From the NCBI RefSeq assembly GCF_044704955.1, contig NC_091997.1:64790001-64854000 (forward strand): a stretch of DNA of 64,000 nt, given 5' to 3'. The DNA is from Pristiophorus japonicus (Eukaryota). The notes under the pieces are model-generated. The model was not told the origin of the DNA. It saw only the letters and a list, made by a program, of their open reading frames with translations, and ran no database searches. Position 1 is the stretch's first letter; each line of letters starts with the position of its first letter. Positions 25,080 to 36,026 of the stretch are shown here, piece after piece. The translations under genes and the position numbers were made by a program.

Positions 25080-25955
25080 GAACATAAGAACATAAGAATT
25101 AGGAACAGGAGTAGGCCATCTAGCCCCTCGAGCCTGCTCCGCCATTCAACAAGATCATGGCTGATCTGGCCGTGGACTCAGCTCCACTTACCCGCCCGCT
25201 CCCCGTAACCCTTAATTCCCGTATTGGTTAAAAATCTATCTATCTGTGATTTGAATACATTCAATGAGCTAGCCTCAACTGCTTCCTTGGGCAGAGAATT
25301 CCACAGATTCACAACCCTCTGGGAGAAGAAATTCCTTCTCAACTCGGTTTTAAATTGGCTCCCCCATAGTTTGAGGCTGTGCCCCCTAGTTCTAGTCTCC
25401 CCGACCAGTGGAAACAACCTCTCTGCCTCTATCTTGTCTATCCCTTTCATTATTTTAAATGTTTCTATAAGATCACCCCTCATCCTTCTGAACTCCAACA
25501 AGTAAAGACCCAGTCTACCCAATCTATCATCATAAGATAGCCCCCTCATCTCCGGAATCAGCCTAGTGAATCGTCTCTGTACCCCCTCCAAAGCTAGTAT
25601 ATCCTTCCTTAAGTAAGGTGACCAAAACTGCATGCAGTACTCCAGGTGCGGCCTCACCAATACCCTGTACAGTTGCAGCAGGACCTCCCTGCTTTTATGC
25701 TCCATCCCTCTCGCAATGAAGGCCAACATTCCATTCACCTTCCTGATTACCTGCTGCACCTGCAAACTAACTTTTTGGGATTCATGCACAAGGACCCCCA
25801 GGTCCCTCTGCACCGCAGCATGTTGTAATTTCTCCTCATTCAAATAATATTCCCTTTTACTGTTTTTTTTCCCCCAAGGTGGATGACCTCACATTTTCCG
25901 ACATTGTATTCCATCTGCCAAACCTTAGCCCATTCGCTTAACCTATCTAACCTAT
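25080..25955 (-). mobile_element. CR1 3' fragment, same subfamily as 22165-25075
   Basis: ORF 25178-25843 is a CR1 ORF2 C-terminus with a near-identical 3' UTR. Confidence 0.92.
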
Positions 25956-26606
25956 CAGGAAACTAAAGCCCTCCCTCCTACACCAACGGGAGAGTGGAGA
26001 GCACCATATACAGATGGTCACATTTACAATTCCAATTCCATTGAATAAATGAAAATATTACTTACACTAACTACTTGACCAAGGTCCTGCCACTTCTTTT
26101 TGCACTGGCCTCCAGACCTCGGGGTGTTCACCATTGCACAGTAATCTTCGGCAAGTTGGTTCCAGCGTTTCTTCATTTCTATTGGTGAAACTTTTATGTG
26201 ACTTCTGCTGGTGTCCAGCTCGTGCCATCTGGCCTCAATCACAGTAACCAGTGCCCCCACTTCATCCGCTAAGAAATTCTTGGTCCTTTAGCCACGGTGC
26301 ATCTTGTATTTCAGCTCCGATTTTTCCAATGAGAATTAAAATTCTTACACACAACTGGCTCTTTAAAAATGGCCGAATGCTGACTGGGAGCTGTACTGCG
26401 CGTGCGCCCATAGCAATCATGGCAAAAACCTCCTTTTTCTTCCCCCAAAGCTAAAGGACAGGCTGCGCAGCACCAAATTCAAAAAATAGAGTGGAGAAAC
26501 TTGCTAGTTATTTTGTTGGAGTAGTCGGGGCCCAAAAAACAAGCTTAACTCTTGCAGTTGGGAAAATTGAGCCCTTAGGATCAGGCGGGAAAGTGGAGTT
26601 GAGGTC

Positions 26607-26872
26607 TGCTAAGTCCTGACTCTAATGTACTGACTCACACGAGACACTTGCTGAAGTCAAGGTCACTCAGGACCTGCACCTTTAATTCCAGCTCTCCAGT
26701 GCTGCACTTGCCTGAGGTCTCCCTTTATATACTCAGTGGGACAGGTATGGAGTGTCTCCTGCAAGTGCACCCCTGGTGGTAAGGTATGCTTATTGTTACA
26801 GGTCATATCCAGTTACAGTCATGTATTGCATGGTAAGAAACAGTTATATACAGTAATGTGAGATACATGACA
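26607..26872 (-). mobile_element. Solo LTR related to the LTRs at 13041 and 17540
   Basis: Reverse complement starts TGTCATGTATCT and shares CATACCTTACCACCAGGGGTGCACTTGCA and AAAGGTGCAGGTCC..GAGTGACCTTGACTTCA; 5-bp TSD AGGTC at 26602-26606 and 26873-26877. Confidence 0.92.
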
Positions 26873-27564
26873 AGGTCGAAGATCAGCCATGGTCTATTGA
26901 ATGGTGGAGCAGGCTCGAGGGGCCGAATGGCCGACTCCTGCTCCTAATTCTTATCTGTTGAGCAAACGAATGCTTTAAAACATTGCAAACAGAGATACCA
27001 CGCTAGGTTTAGTACAAATCCCACTGAGAGAGAAGTCATCCCCAAAACGAGTGTTGACCTTAAGAGTGGAGGAGAAATCCACCAAAACATTGCGATTTCT
27101 TTTGTAATTACAGTAACAGAATTTCCAATTCAGAGACAGTTCTCCGAGCACTAAAACTCAATTTGTCCTGTTGCAGTTGACCTGACCTGATTTAAACTGC
27201 GGCAAGATTCTGTGCAACCAACTGTGTCTTCATTTAAAGGTCGCTCCCCTCGAAGATACATACAGACTGCCGATTCCTGCAAAGTGCTGGCCGAGGCTCG
27301 GAGTTAAATTTAATTTCCTGCGAGATGCGGGGGTGTGTGGGGGAGCACTGCCTCGGTACTGCACTGGGCTGTCAGCCTACTCTATGGGTTCAGGTATTGC
27401 AGTAAGACCCGAACTCATGACCTTCTGACTCCGAGACGAGTTTGCTACCACCGAATGCATCTTTATTTGATTCCGCTCTCCAGGCTCCAGGCTCTCATGG
27501 TGATCAGTGGCATTCACAGAGACACAGGCTGGGAAATCACCCGTGATTGTTCATCTAGTCAAAG

Positions 27565-27860
27565 AAAGAACCTGCTTTGTGACAGCACCTTTCACGACCG
27601 CCGGACGCCCCAAAGCGCTTTACAGCCAATGAAGTACTTTTTGGAGTGTAGTCACTGTTGTAATGTGGGAAACGAGGCAGCCAATTTGCGCACAGCAAGC
27701 TCCCACACACAGCAACGTGATAATAACCAGATAATGTGTTTTTTCAGTGATGTTGGTTGAGGGATAAATATTGGCCAGGATGCAAGGGAGATAGTACCAC
27801 GGGATCTTTTATGCCCACCTGAGAGGGCAGACAGGGCCTCGATTTGATGTCTCATCCGAA
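27565..27860 (-). mobile_element. SacSINE1/Deu-like SINE body; a head remnant is at 27340-27455
   Basis: Matches 53850-54200 and the reverse of 38840-39440 (GCAGCCAATTTGCGCACAGCAAGCTCCCAC). Confidence 0.75.
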
Positions 27861-28384
27861 ATTAATTTTAATGACGAGAAAATCAATGGCTGCTGAATTG
27901 GGGTTTCCCAACCCCTTCTGCCAATGGGAACAGTTTCTCTCTATCTACCCTGTCTAGACCCCGGGGCAGGGAAAGGGGGGAGGAGAGGATAGAACAAAAG
28001 GGAAGGTCTGTGATAGGGTGGATGGTGCCTTCTAGTTCTGATGAAACATAGAAACATAGAAAATAGGTGCAGGAGTAGGCCATTCGGCCCCTCGAGCCTG
28101 CACCGCCATTCAATAAGATCAAGGCTGATCATTCACCTCAGTACCCCTTTCCTGCTTTCTCTCCATACCCCTTGATCCCTTTAGCCACTCTGTTGCCTGA
28201 CCCGCTGAACGTTTCCAGCATTTTCTGCTTATAGTTCAGATTTGCGGCATCCGCAGTACTTTATATTGTGAGGCCATTAAAAGATGATCAGGGATTGCCA
28301 CTGATAACGCACCCTCGTTAAAAGCTGCCCAGCTACAACCATTATCGGGTCACTTGAACAACGTGATGCGTGGTCACACATGAC

Positions 28385-28612
28385 TGGGGTTGCCAACTCT
28401 CCAGGTTTGCCCTGGAGTCTCCAGGAATTGAAGATTAATCTCCGGGACACGGCTGGGAGAAAAATCAGAGGGGCATTAAAAAAATGATGTTGTATTTCTT
28501 GGAACACTTAGTTACAACAATATTAGAGATGGAGAAAGAGGATGTCTGACTGGGCGGGGCGGCAGGTGGTGGTGGGGTGGGACAAAACCTCCATCCAGAG
28601 TTGGTAACCCTA
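28385..28612. mobile_element. Possible hAT-like MITE
   Basis: Inverted termini GGGTTGCCAACTCT / AGAGTTGGTAACCC; no clear 8-bp TSD. Confidence 0.5.
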
Positions 28613-28663
28613 GAGAAAGCCCAACGTCCACCCTGCAGCGGGATTTCACAGACCGGTTGCTAT

Positions 28664-29645
28664 CATAAGAACATAAGAAATAGGAGCAGGAGTCGGCCAT
28701 TCAGCCCCTCGAGCCTGCTCCGCCATTTAATACGATCATGGCTGATCCGACATGGACTCAGCTCCACTTCCCCGCCCGCTCCCCATAACCCCTTATCCCC
28801 TTATCGTTTAAGGAACTGTCTATCTCTGTCTTAAATTTATTCAATGTCCCAGCTTCCACAGCTCTCTGAGGCAGCAAATTCCACAGATTTACAACCCTCA
28901 GAGAAGAAATTTCTCCTCATCTCAGTTTTAAATGGGCGTCCCCTTATTCTAAGATCGTGCCCTCTAGTTCTAGTCTCCCCCATCAGTGGAAACATCCTCT
29001 CTGCATCCACCTTGTCGAGCCCCCTCATAATCTTATAAGTTTTGATAAGATCACCTCTCATTCTTCTGAATTCCAATGAGTAGAGGCCCAACCTACTCAC
29101 CTTTCCTCATAAGTCAACCCCCTCATCCCCGGAATCAACCGAGTGAACCTTCTCTGAACTGCCTCCAAAGCAAGTATATCCTTTCGTAAATATGGAAACC
29201 AAAACTGCACGCAGTACTCCAGGTGTGGCCTCACCAATACCCTGTATAACTGTAACAAGACTTCCCTGCTTTTATACTCCATCTCCTTTGCAATAAAGGC
29301 CAAGATACCATTGGCCTTCCTGATCACTTGCTGTACCTGCATACTATCCTTTTGTGTTTCATGCACAAGTACCCCCAGGTCCCTCTGTACTGCAGCACTT
29401 TGCAATCTTTCTCCATTTAAATAATAACTTGCTCTTTGATTTTTTTTCTGCCAAAGTGCATGACCTCAAACTTTCCAACATTATACTCCATCTGCCAAAT
29501 GTTTGCCCACTCATTTAGCCTGTCTATGTCCTTTTGCAGATTTTTTGTGTCCTCCTCACACTTTTCCTCCCATCTTTGTGTCGTCAGCAAACTTGGTTAC
29601 GTTACACTCAGTCCCTTCTTCCAAGTCGTTAATATAGATTGCATC
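28664..29645 (-). mobile_element. CR1 3' fragment
   Basis: ORFs 28837-29100 and 29097-29405 ([22 protein letters not shown]); tail (CATAAGAA)n. Confidence 0.9.
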
Positions 29646-29899
29646 ACTGGAGGAATCATTGCTGGCGTGGGGTAGCCTCATTGAGGCTCCGAAAATGATG
29701 CTAATGAGTGCAGGCTGCTCCTGACTGGCATGTTAGGTAGTGTGTCCTAAAAAGACGATGCCATTAAAAATCACAGAAATCTACAGCACAAAAGGTGGCC
29801 ATTCGGCCCATCGTGTCCGTGCCGGCCGAGGGTAAATGAAAGGGAACGCATTTTCAAACTCCCTTTCTACCGTGAGTTTCTTAAAGTTGAGTTTGACTG

Positions 29900-30008
29900 G
29901 TTTGTGAGTGAGTGTGGGTTTGTGAGTGAGTGTGGGTGTGTGAGTGTGGGTGTGTGAGCAAGTGTGGGTGTGTGAGCGAGTGTGGGTGTGTGAGTGTGGG
30001 TGTGTGAG
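29900..30008. repeat. (TG)-rich microsatellite abutting the assembly gap
   Basis: GTGAGTGTGGGTGT repeats. Confidence 0.9.
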
Positions 30009-30202
30009 NNNNNNNNNNNNNNNNNNNNNNNNNNNNNNNNNNNNNNNNNNNNNNNNNNNNNNNNNNNNNNNNNNNNNNNNNNNNNNNNNNNNNNNNNNNN
30101 NNNNNNNNNNNNNNNNNNNNNNNNNNNNNNNNNNNNNNNNNNNNNNNNNNNNNNNNNNNNNNNNNNNNNNNNNNNNNNNNNNNNNNNNNNNNNNNNNNNN
30201 NN
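30009..30202. other. Assembly gap (N run); true size and contiguity across it are unknown
   Basis: Run of N. Confidence 0.99.
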
Positions 30203-30909
30203 CCACATTTAGCTTAAGTTACTTTTGTTGCGTTGAAGTTTTGTGCATTTTTTAGCAACCTTTTCAAAACTCAATATCTTTGTATTTATGTTGCTTTTTC
30301 ACCAAAGGGAGCTGCTGTTTGTTGAGTAAGGGTTTGCTTACTTCATATCTGTACAGGGCTGCTGTTTATTCATGGTAAACATTAAGATTGCTTTTTTCGG
30401 CAGCTAAAGTCAGCGGCACTATAATGAAATAATGAAACATTCACCCTGCCTGGCCAGTGGCAGAGTGTAGTGCTGTTTCTGGGGTGCACTCCACCAACAC
30501 AATAAATGAATGCTACGTTAATAGTGTGTTAAACATTTAAGACTTTTTAATAACAAGAAACCCATTCAAAATTAAAAGGAAATTATGATTGAAAGTATAT
30601 TGTTCGCTTGCTCGGATTTAATTAAAGGTGTTAAATAATTTTCGAACTCCAGGAGTGTGAACACTGCTGTGTTTCACTGGGGGCCTGACATTACCATGAA
30701 GCAAAACATTCTCTCTGCTCATTGTCCTCACAGCAGAGAAGGTTAAAAGGAGATTCAATAGAGGTATTCAAAATTTTGAGGAGTTTTCATAGGACAAATA
30801 GGAAGAAATTGTTTCCACTAGCAGGAGGGTCGGTAAGCAAAGGAATTGGATTTAAGATAATTGAGTGAGCTTGACAATTGAGTTCCAATTAGTGCCATAA
30901 TTAGGACCA

Positions 30910-31400
30910 TAACAGCAACGTGTATTTATATAGCAAGGCGTTTCACAGGAGTATTGTGAGATAACAAATTTGACACCGAGCCGCATAAGTAGAAAAAAGC
31001 TTGGTCACAGAGGGAGGTTTTAAGGTGCGTCTTGAAGGAGGAAAGAGAGGTAGAGAGGCGGAGAGGTTTAGGGAGGGAGTTCCAGAGCTTGGGGCCCAGG
31101 CTACAGAAGTCACGGCCGCCGATGGTGGAGCGATTATAATCAGGGATACTGAAGAGGATTAGAGGAGCACAGACATCTCGGGTGGTTTGGTGCTGGAGGA
31201 GATTACAGAGATAGGGAGGGGCGAGGCCATGGAGGGATTTGAAAATAAGATGAGAATTTTGAAATCGAGGCATTGCTTAATCGGGAGCCAATGTAGGTCA
31301 GTGAGCACAGGGGGTGATGGGTGAGCAGGACTCGGTGCGAATTAGGACATGGGCAGCCGAGTTTCAGATCACCTCTAGTTTACATAGGGTGTGGGAGGCC
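30910..31400 (-). mobile_element. L2 LINE 3' fragment
   Basis: ORF 30926-31273: FKSLHGLAPPYLCNLL..GGRDFCSLGPKLWNSLP..SSFKTHLKT. Confidence 0.87.
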
Positions 31401-32829
31401 AGCCACTTATAACTGGCCTGAGATTACCCAAATTCATGTCACGCAGAACTCTTACAACCAATAAGCAGAGACGAATTTCATTTCCCAGTCCAATTGGTTG
31501 TGAACTCACGTCCTGGAGATGAAAGGCTAATGTCTGACCCACTGCAAAACCAGCCCCAGTATTTTATCTTCATTACTTCAGGGGTTAGTGTCTCCTTTGG
31601 GTAGATTTGCACACACTATTTCATCGGGGGGGTGGGGGGGTGAGGGGGGGGGGGGCTAGGGTTTGCACTGGGACAGAAACCTGAGCCAGGTAGTGGCCAG
31701 GCACCATTCTTACCCGCTCACAGTCAAGTGGACTGACCCAACCGATTGGGACCTTGCTGCTGGGTAGCGGTAACCTGTTGGTACCGCGCGATTCAAAGGC
31801 CTGCAACGGTTTCAAGGGGACGGCAGATGAGGAACTACGGAGGAATCAAATCCAAAAATTTAAACCCCAATTTTTGGATTTGATTCCTCCGTAGTTCCTC
31901 ATCTGCCGGAAGGCCGAGATCTCCAGATTTTCGGATGACGGAATACTTCTGTCGGAAGTAAGACGACACAGACACGCCCGGTTTGGTTCAGTTCGGCACA
32001 GGCTTCAAAGGAAAGTATCACCACAGCAGTGCCAGGAGGTGAGCAAGGCAGTGAGTGGTGATGTAATTACCCCACATACGAAACTTTAATGACCTTACCA
32101 GGTCAGGCAAGGTAAGAGGACTCAGCAGAATATTTCAAGGATGCAGTACACAAACATTTCATCCAATCACAGTCACCTCCCCACACACTCAGTTAAAGTG
32201 ATCAAATTCTGTACCATGAATGCCCAAGAGGACCTCAACTCTTTGTGTTCCTTCACAAATAACCTTAGATGCAGTCACCCCAGTAAATGCATGCCTGGTG
32301 TATGTAATTGCTTGTTCAGTGCACCAGCCATCACCCCAATTACAGTTGGTTTGCTGACTCCTCAGTTTTACTTAGGCACATGACAAACAAAGGTCTTTCT
32401 CACTTCATGCATTTTTTTCCCAAGGACAAGACAACCGCTAATAGCAGAGAGGGGTCGATGACAGGTGGTGGTTTCCAAATCGCCACCTCTCGCCCCTGAC
32501 AAGGAGACAGATCTTCAGATTCCTGGAGCGGGCTGTGGCAGAGGGAGCTGGGGAAGTAGGAGGGGCTGTGCCAGTTAGCACCTTGCATGTTTAATATTTG
32601 CATTGTTATGAAGTAGTGTGAATGGGATGGAAATGATGGAAAATTATGATGTCACCACATCATAATCAGCTCATTTATCTGTGCCTGTCCATAAATTAAG
32701 CTCTTGTTTCTGCAGTCGGCTGGAAACGGTGGCAGAGAATTGTTGGTGCTGAGTCTCACCCACAAACTCTACATGTTGGGATATCATGGGAGCACCACCC
32801 AGGACGACCCATCCATTATGTTGATGGGT

Positions 32830-33120
32830 ATTGGGCGTGGTAATAGTGCGATGGGTAATGGGCGTGGTAATGGTGCAATGGGTGATGGGCGTGGTAATGG
32901 TGCGATGGGTAATGGGCGTGGTAATGGTGCAATGGGTGATGGGCGTGGTAATGGTGCGATGGGTAATGGGCGTGGTAATGGTGCAATGGGTGATGGGCGT
33001 GGTAATAGTGCGATGGGTAATGGGCGTGGTAATGGTGCAATGGGTGATGGGCATGGTAATGGTGCAATGAGTAATGGGCTTGGTAATGGTGCAATGGGTG
33101 ATGGGCGTGGTAATGGTGGG
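32830..33120. repeat. 27-bp minisatellite (GGGCGTGGTAATGGTGC(G/A)ATGGGT(A/G)AT), about 10 copies, with alternating variants
   Basis: Directly visible; translates as alternating GRGNGAMGN and GRGNGAMGD. Confidence 0.95.
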
Positions 33121-33680
33121 ATGGCTTATTGGTGCGTTGCATGTTGTATCACGATTAAAACATAATGGATGCATTGAGAAAAGATATTTCTGACAACTGA
33201 TGCTTGTAAAATTTCACTGACTTGCTAATAGATCTGATGCACAATATGTTATTTGTATGACTCATGCACTCAAATGCATGCAAATAATATACATTTGGAA
33301 ACTGTTGCCTGGGTACTGATGGTGTCTGCCGAGCATGTTCTTTGAACGGAATGAGAAAATGCAACCTTCAGCTTGAAGTGAGCCACTGAGATCAGAAAGG
33401 TCCCAGGATTAATCGCGGATCAGTGCTGTGTTAGTGGAGTTCAGCAATGGGTGAAACAGAGATGCAATAATTGGTCTTAGCGCTCTGAGAGGAGAGTGGA
33501 ACGCTCCTGATTGCTATCCACACTTCGCTGGAAAGTGCGTGCGCGGATTGAGTGTAGCTGCAGCGCACTCCAGGACAGAGCAGCCACGGTCCACATAATA
33601 CCGCGCCCCCGGGGAGCGCAAATTGGGAAATGCCAGGCCTCCAACTCGTGATGTTCTGTCCAGTGCCTTTAATAGATCGA

Positions 33681-34304
33681 GGGGTCGAAATCCGGCCCCG
33701 CCGTTTGAGGCGGTGACACCGGCTGAGCGCTGATTTTACCGCCAGGCGGTAGGTGCCGCCTCAAAATGCAAAATTCAGTTTTTCCACCCAAAGATGAGAG
33801 AGCAGCGCTAAAAGTGACGTTGTACACTCACCCTCGAGCACCCACGGAGCTGGAGCTCAGGAGGCCGGCCGAATTTCCCCACGGTGCTGCCGGCACGCGA
33901 GATGAAAAAAAATGGAAAAATAAAAGTTTCCGACAATCTCCCTCACCCACACTTCCCCACTGGTCCCATTAAAACATAAATCCTAAAATAAATAAACATA
34001 ACCGCTTACCTTGATCCCGGGGGCTCCCTCCCCAGTACCACCGATGTTCCACCACCTTTCCCAGGTGGTATGGACACCTGCCGGTAAGGCCACCGTACTC
34101 ACCGAATATCGCAGCCGCGGCGGCAAAGGGGCGTGCACGCTCGATGATGTCACCACGTGGGCGGCGGCCGAGCGTGCAGCGGTATGTTTTGGTGCCGCCC
34201 CCACTGCCCAACTAAATTTACCGTGAGCCGAGGAATCCGGTCGGTGCCGACAGTAAGCACTCTCCGGCGTTAACGGGTGGCGATGCCAACGGAATTTCGA
34301 CCCC
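33681..34304. mobile_element. CpG-rich non-autonomous Harbinger-like MITE
   Basis: TIRs GGGGTCGAAAT / ATTTCGACCCC; 3-bp flanks CGA/TGA. Confidence 0.72.
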
Positions 34305-35345
34305 TGAGAATCCTGGATTGCGCGGCAGAAATTTCCTGGATGGTGCTCTTCCTGTGGACGCCACTCCTCACTGGGATTTCTGGAGCCTACAATTCCAGCT
34401 ATGGAGAGTGGCCTCCAGGGTGAAATACCGCAGGGAACCCCAGTGCCCACCGAATGGTTTCCTAGACAGAATCAGGAGAGGGAATTGCAAAAAGTAAATT
34501 AAGAATGCGGCAGCAAAGATTACAAGTACAAAGCAGAATTGTGCCTGCTTGCAAGTGATCCGCATTTCAACTCACAAGAACGTACAACTGGTGGTATTCT
34601 CCTGCCCCCGGCCCAAGCTAATCATCGTTCGATTGGTATCCCGCTCTGCCCCACTGCGCCATTATTAGGACTTCCAGCTGCAGTGAGGGCTCCTGCCCAT
34701 CTGGGATGTGCCTCTAGTCTCGCTGTAATGGGATGCGGCTGTGAGTCCTATCGTGGCCCATTACGCCAGCACACCAGGAATAATAGTTCACCTTCAGAAT
34801 TGCTAGCTAATTTGAAAAGACTTTGGTCTCTTTCAGGGTTTCTCTAAACCACTCCGCAATCACGACATCTCCAGAAACAGAACTTCAAATGACCGAAAAA
34901 ACGTAGCAAATCTGGAGATGAAACGGAGAGCGCACCCAACTGCATCACAAACATGTAGTCAATGTGGTGAAGCCTCACAGAGACCTCCAGGAACAGCAAT
35001 CTACAAGGCTGCTTTACAACTGCAAAAGTCAATTATTTTTAGAAATGAGATCAAGGGGTTGCATCTGGGAATTAGAAAGTGCAATCATACACTCCTGACA
35101 AACAAACAAAGGGCACAGTGTTACCGCGACCTTAACAAATCCTGAATGGAATCAGGGACCTCATTACCTGATTGTAGCTCATTATTATCAGCAGGAGTTT
35201 TGAGGCAAATGTACTTTTCCTCCTCAATGCAGTCTTCAGCACAATGTCAATCGGTTGAAATAGGATTTGTGAAATCAAAACCTGATTACGGAAGCCACGA
35301 GTTCCAGTCTGGAGCTTGGGAATTCCAAGATGTACTTGAGATCCA

Positions 35346-35607
35346 CAGTCGAGGGGGTCGTTCAGCCCGACTGTCTGCCTCTCTTCTGCGGTTACATCCG
35401 AGCCAGGGTGTCCCTGGAGATGGAGCACGCGGTGTCCACCGGTACGCTCGCGGCCTTCCGTGAGAGGTGGGCGCCGGAGAGACTGGAGTGCACCATCACC
35501 CCCGGCAACCAAATTTTAATTTGATCCATTTAATGTCCAACGTTTAATTTGTTTATTAGTGCCCCTTTAACAAGGGGGCATTTGATTTATAGGTCAACTA
35601 AAATAGT
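35346..35607 (+). mobile_element. 5'-truncated Tx1/L1-clade LINE with a 15-bp TSD
   Basis: LPLFCGYIRARVSLEMEHAVSTGTLAAFRERW (Tx1-type ORF2 C-terminus); TSD TGTACTTGAGATCCA at 35331-35345 and 35608-35622. Confidence 0.82.
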
Positions 35608-36026
35608 TGTACTTGAGATCCAGGAATATTGTGACAGTCAGAGAAGGTTCCATGAACATGCTAACGAGAGGGGGATCGGGAATGGTTGATTATTGGATCA
35701 CCAGGTACAGTCAGGCTATGAGAGGCATCAACAAGTTCACTTGTCAACGAAACGCGGTTTTTATATCAGAGATTGACCTGGTCACAACTGCAATGCAAAT
35801 TGGACAATGTTTAGAAGCTAAGCCTTCATTGGCTAGGAATCATTCTTTAAAGCTGATTTTCAGACAATTATATTGTTTTTCAAAACAAAATTGCTCTCAC
35901 CATCAAAATGGATGTTACAAACATAAGATAACAGAAGGAAGGTTATAATAAGTAGAACCAGATTCGAATAGGCAGGACTAATTTAGAATAGGTAGAAGCT
36001 ATGCTTAATTTGACTTTAATTGATTC

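Larger units (their letters stand above)
20500..26302 (-). pseudogene. Harbinger ORF2, Myb/SANT-like DNA-binding protein with three predicted exons (26302-26066, 21770-21608, 21379 to about 20500)
   Basis: RTKNF..E..AL..KKRWNQLA..RSGGQCKKKWQDL then GTAAGT; TTGCAG then WKVAHNKRERTRTGGGP..TPVEERV then GTAAGT; TTTTGCAG acceptor; early stop codon and frameshifts; 3' end approximate. Confidence 0.82.
18132..26575. mobile_element. PIF/Harbinger DNA transposon, autonomous-type, decayed, inflated by nested CR1s
   Basis: TIRs GGGGCTCAATTTCCCC (18132) and GGGAAAATTGAGCCCT (to 26575); 3-bp flanks TAT/TAG; convergent transposase and Myb-like genes; interrupts a CR1 tail. Confidence 0.9.

Noticed and set aside
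27965-28270. Penelope-like terminal remnant with a possible hammerhead ribozyme core (CTGATGA near 28038)
   Set aside because: Interrupted by a CR1 tail, and the remaining core and stems are not visible.
29781-30255. ORFs spanning the N run
   Set aside because: Artefacts of the assembly gap and the adjacent microsatellite.
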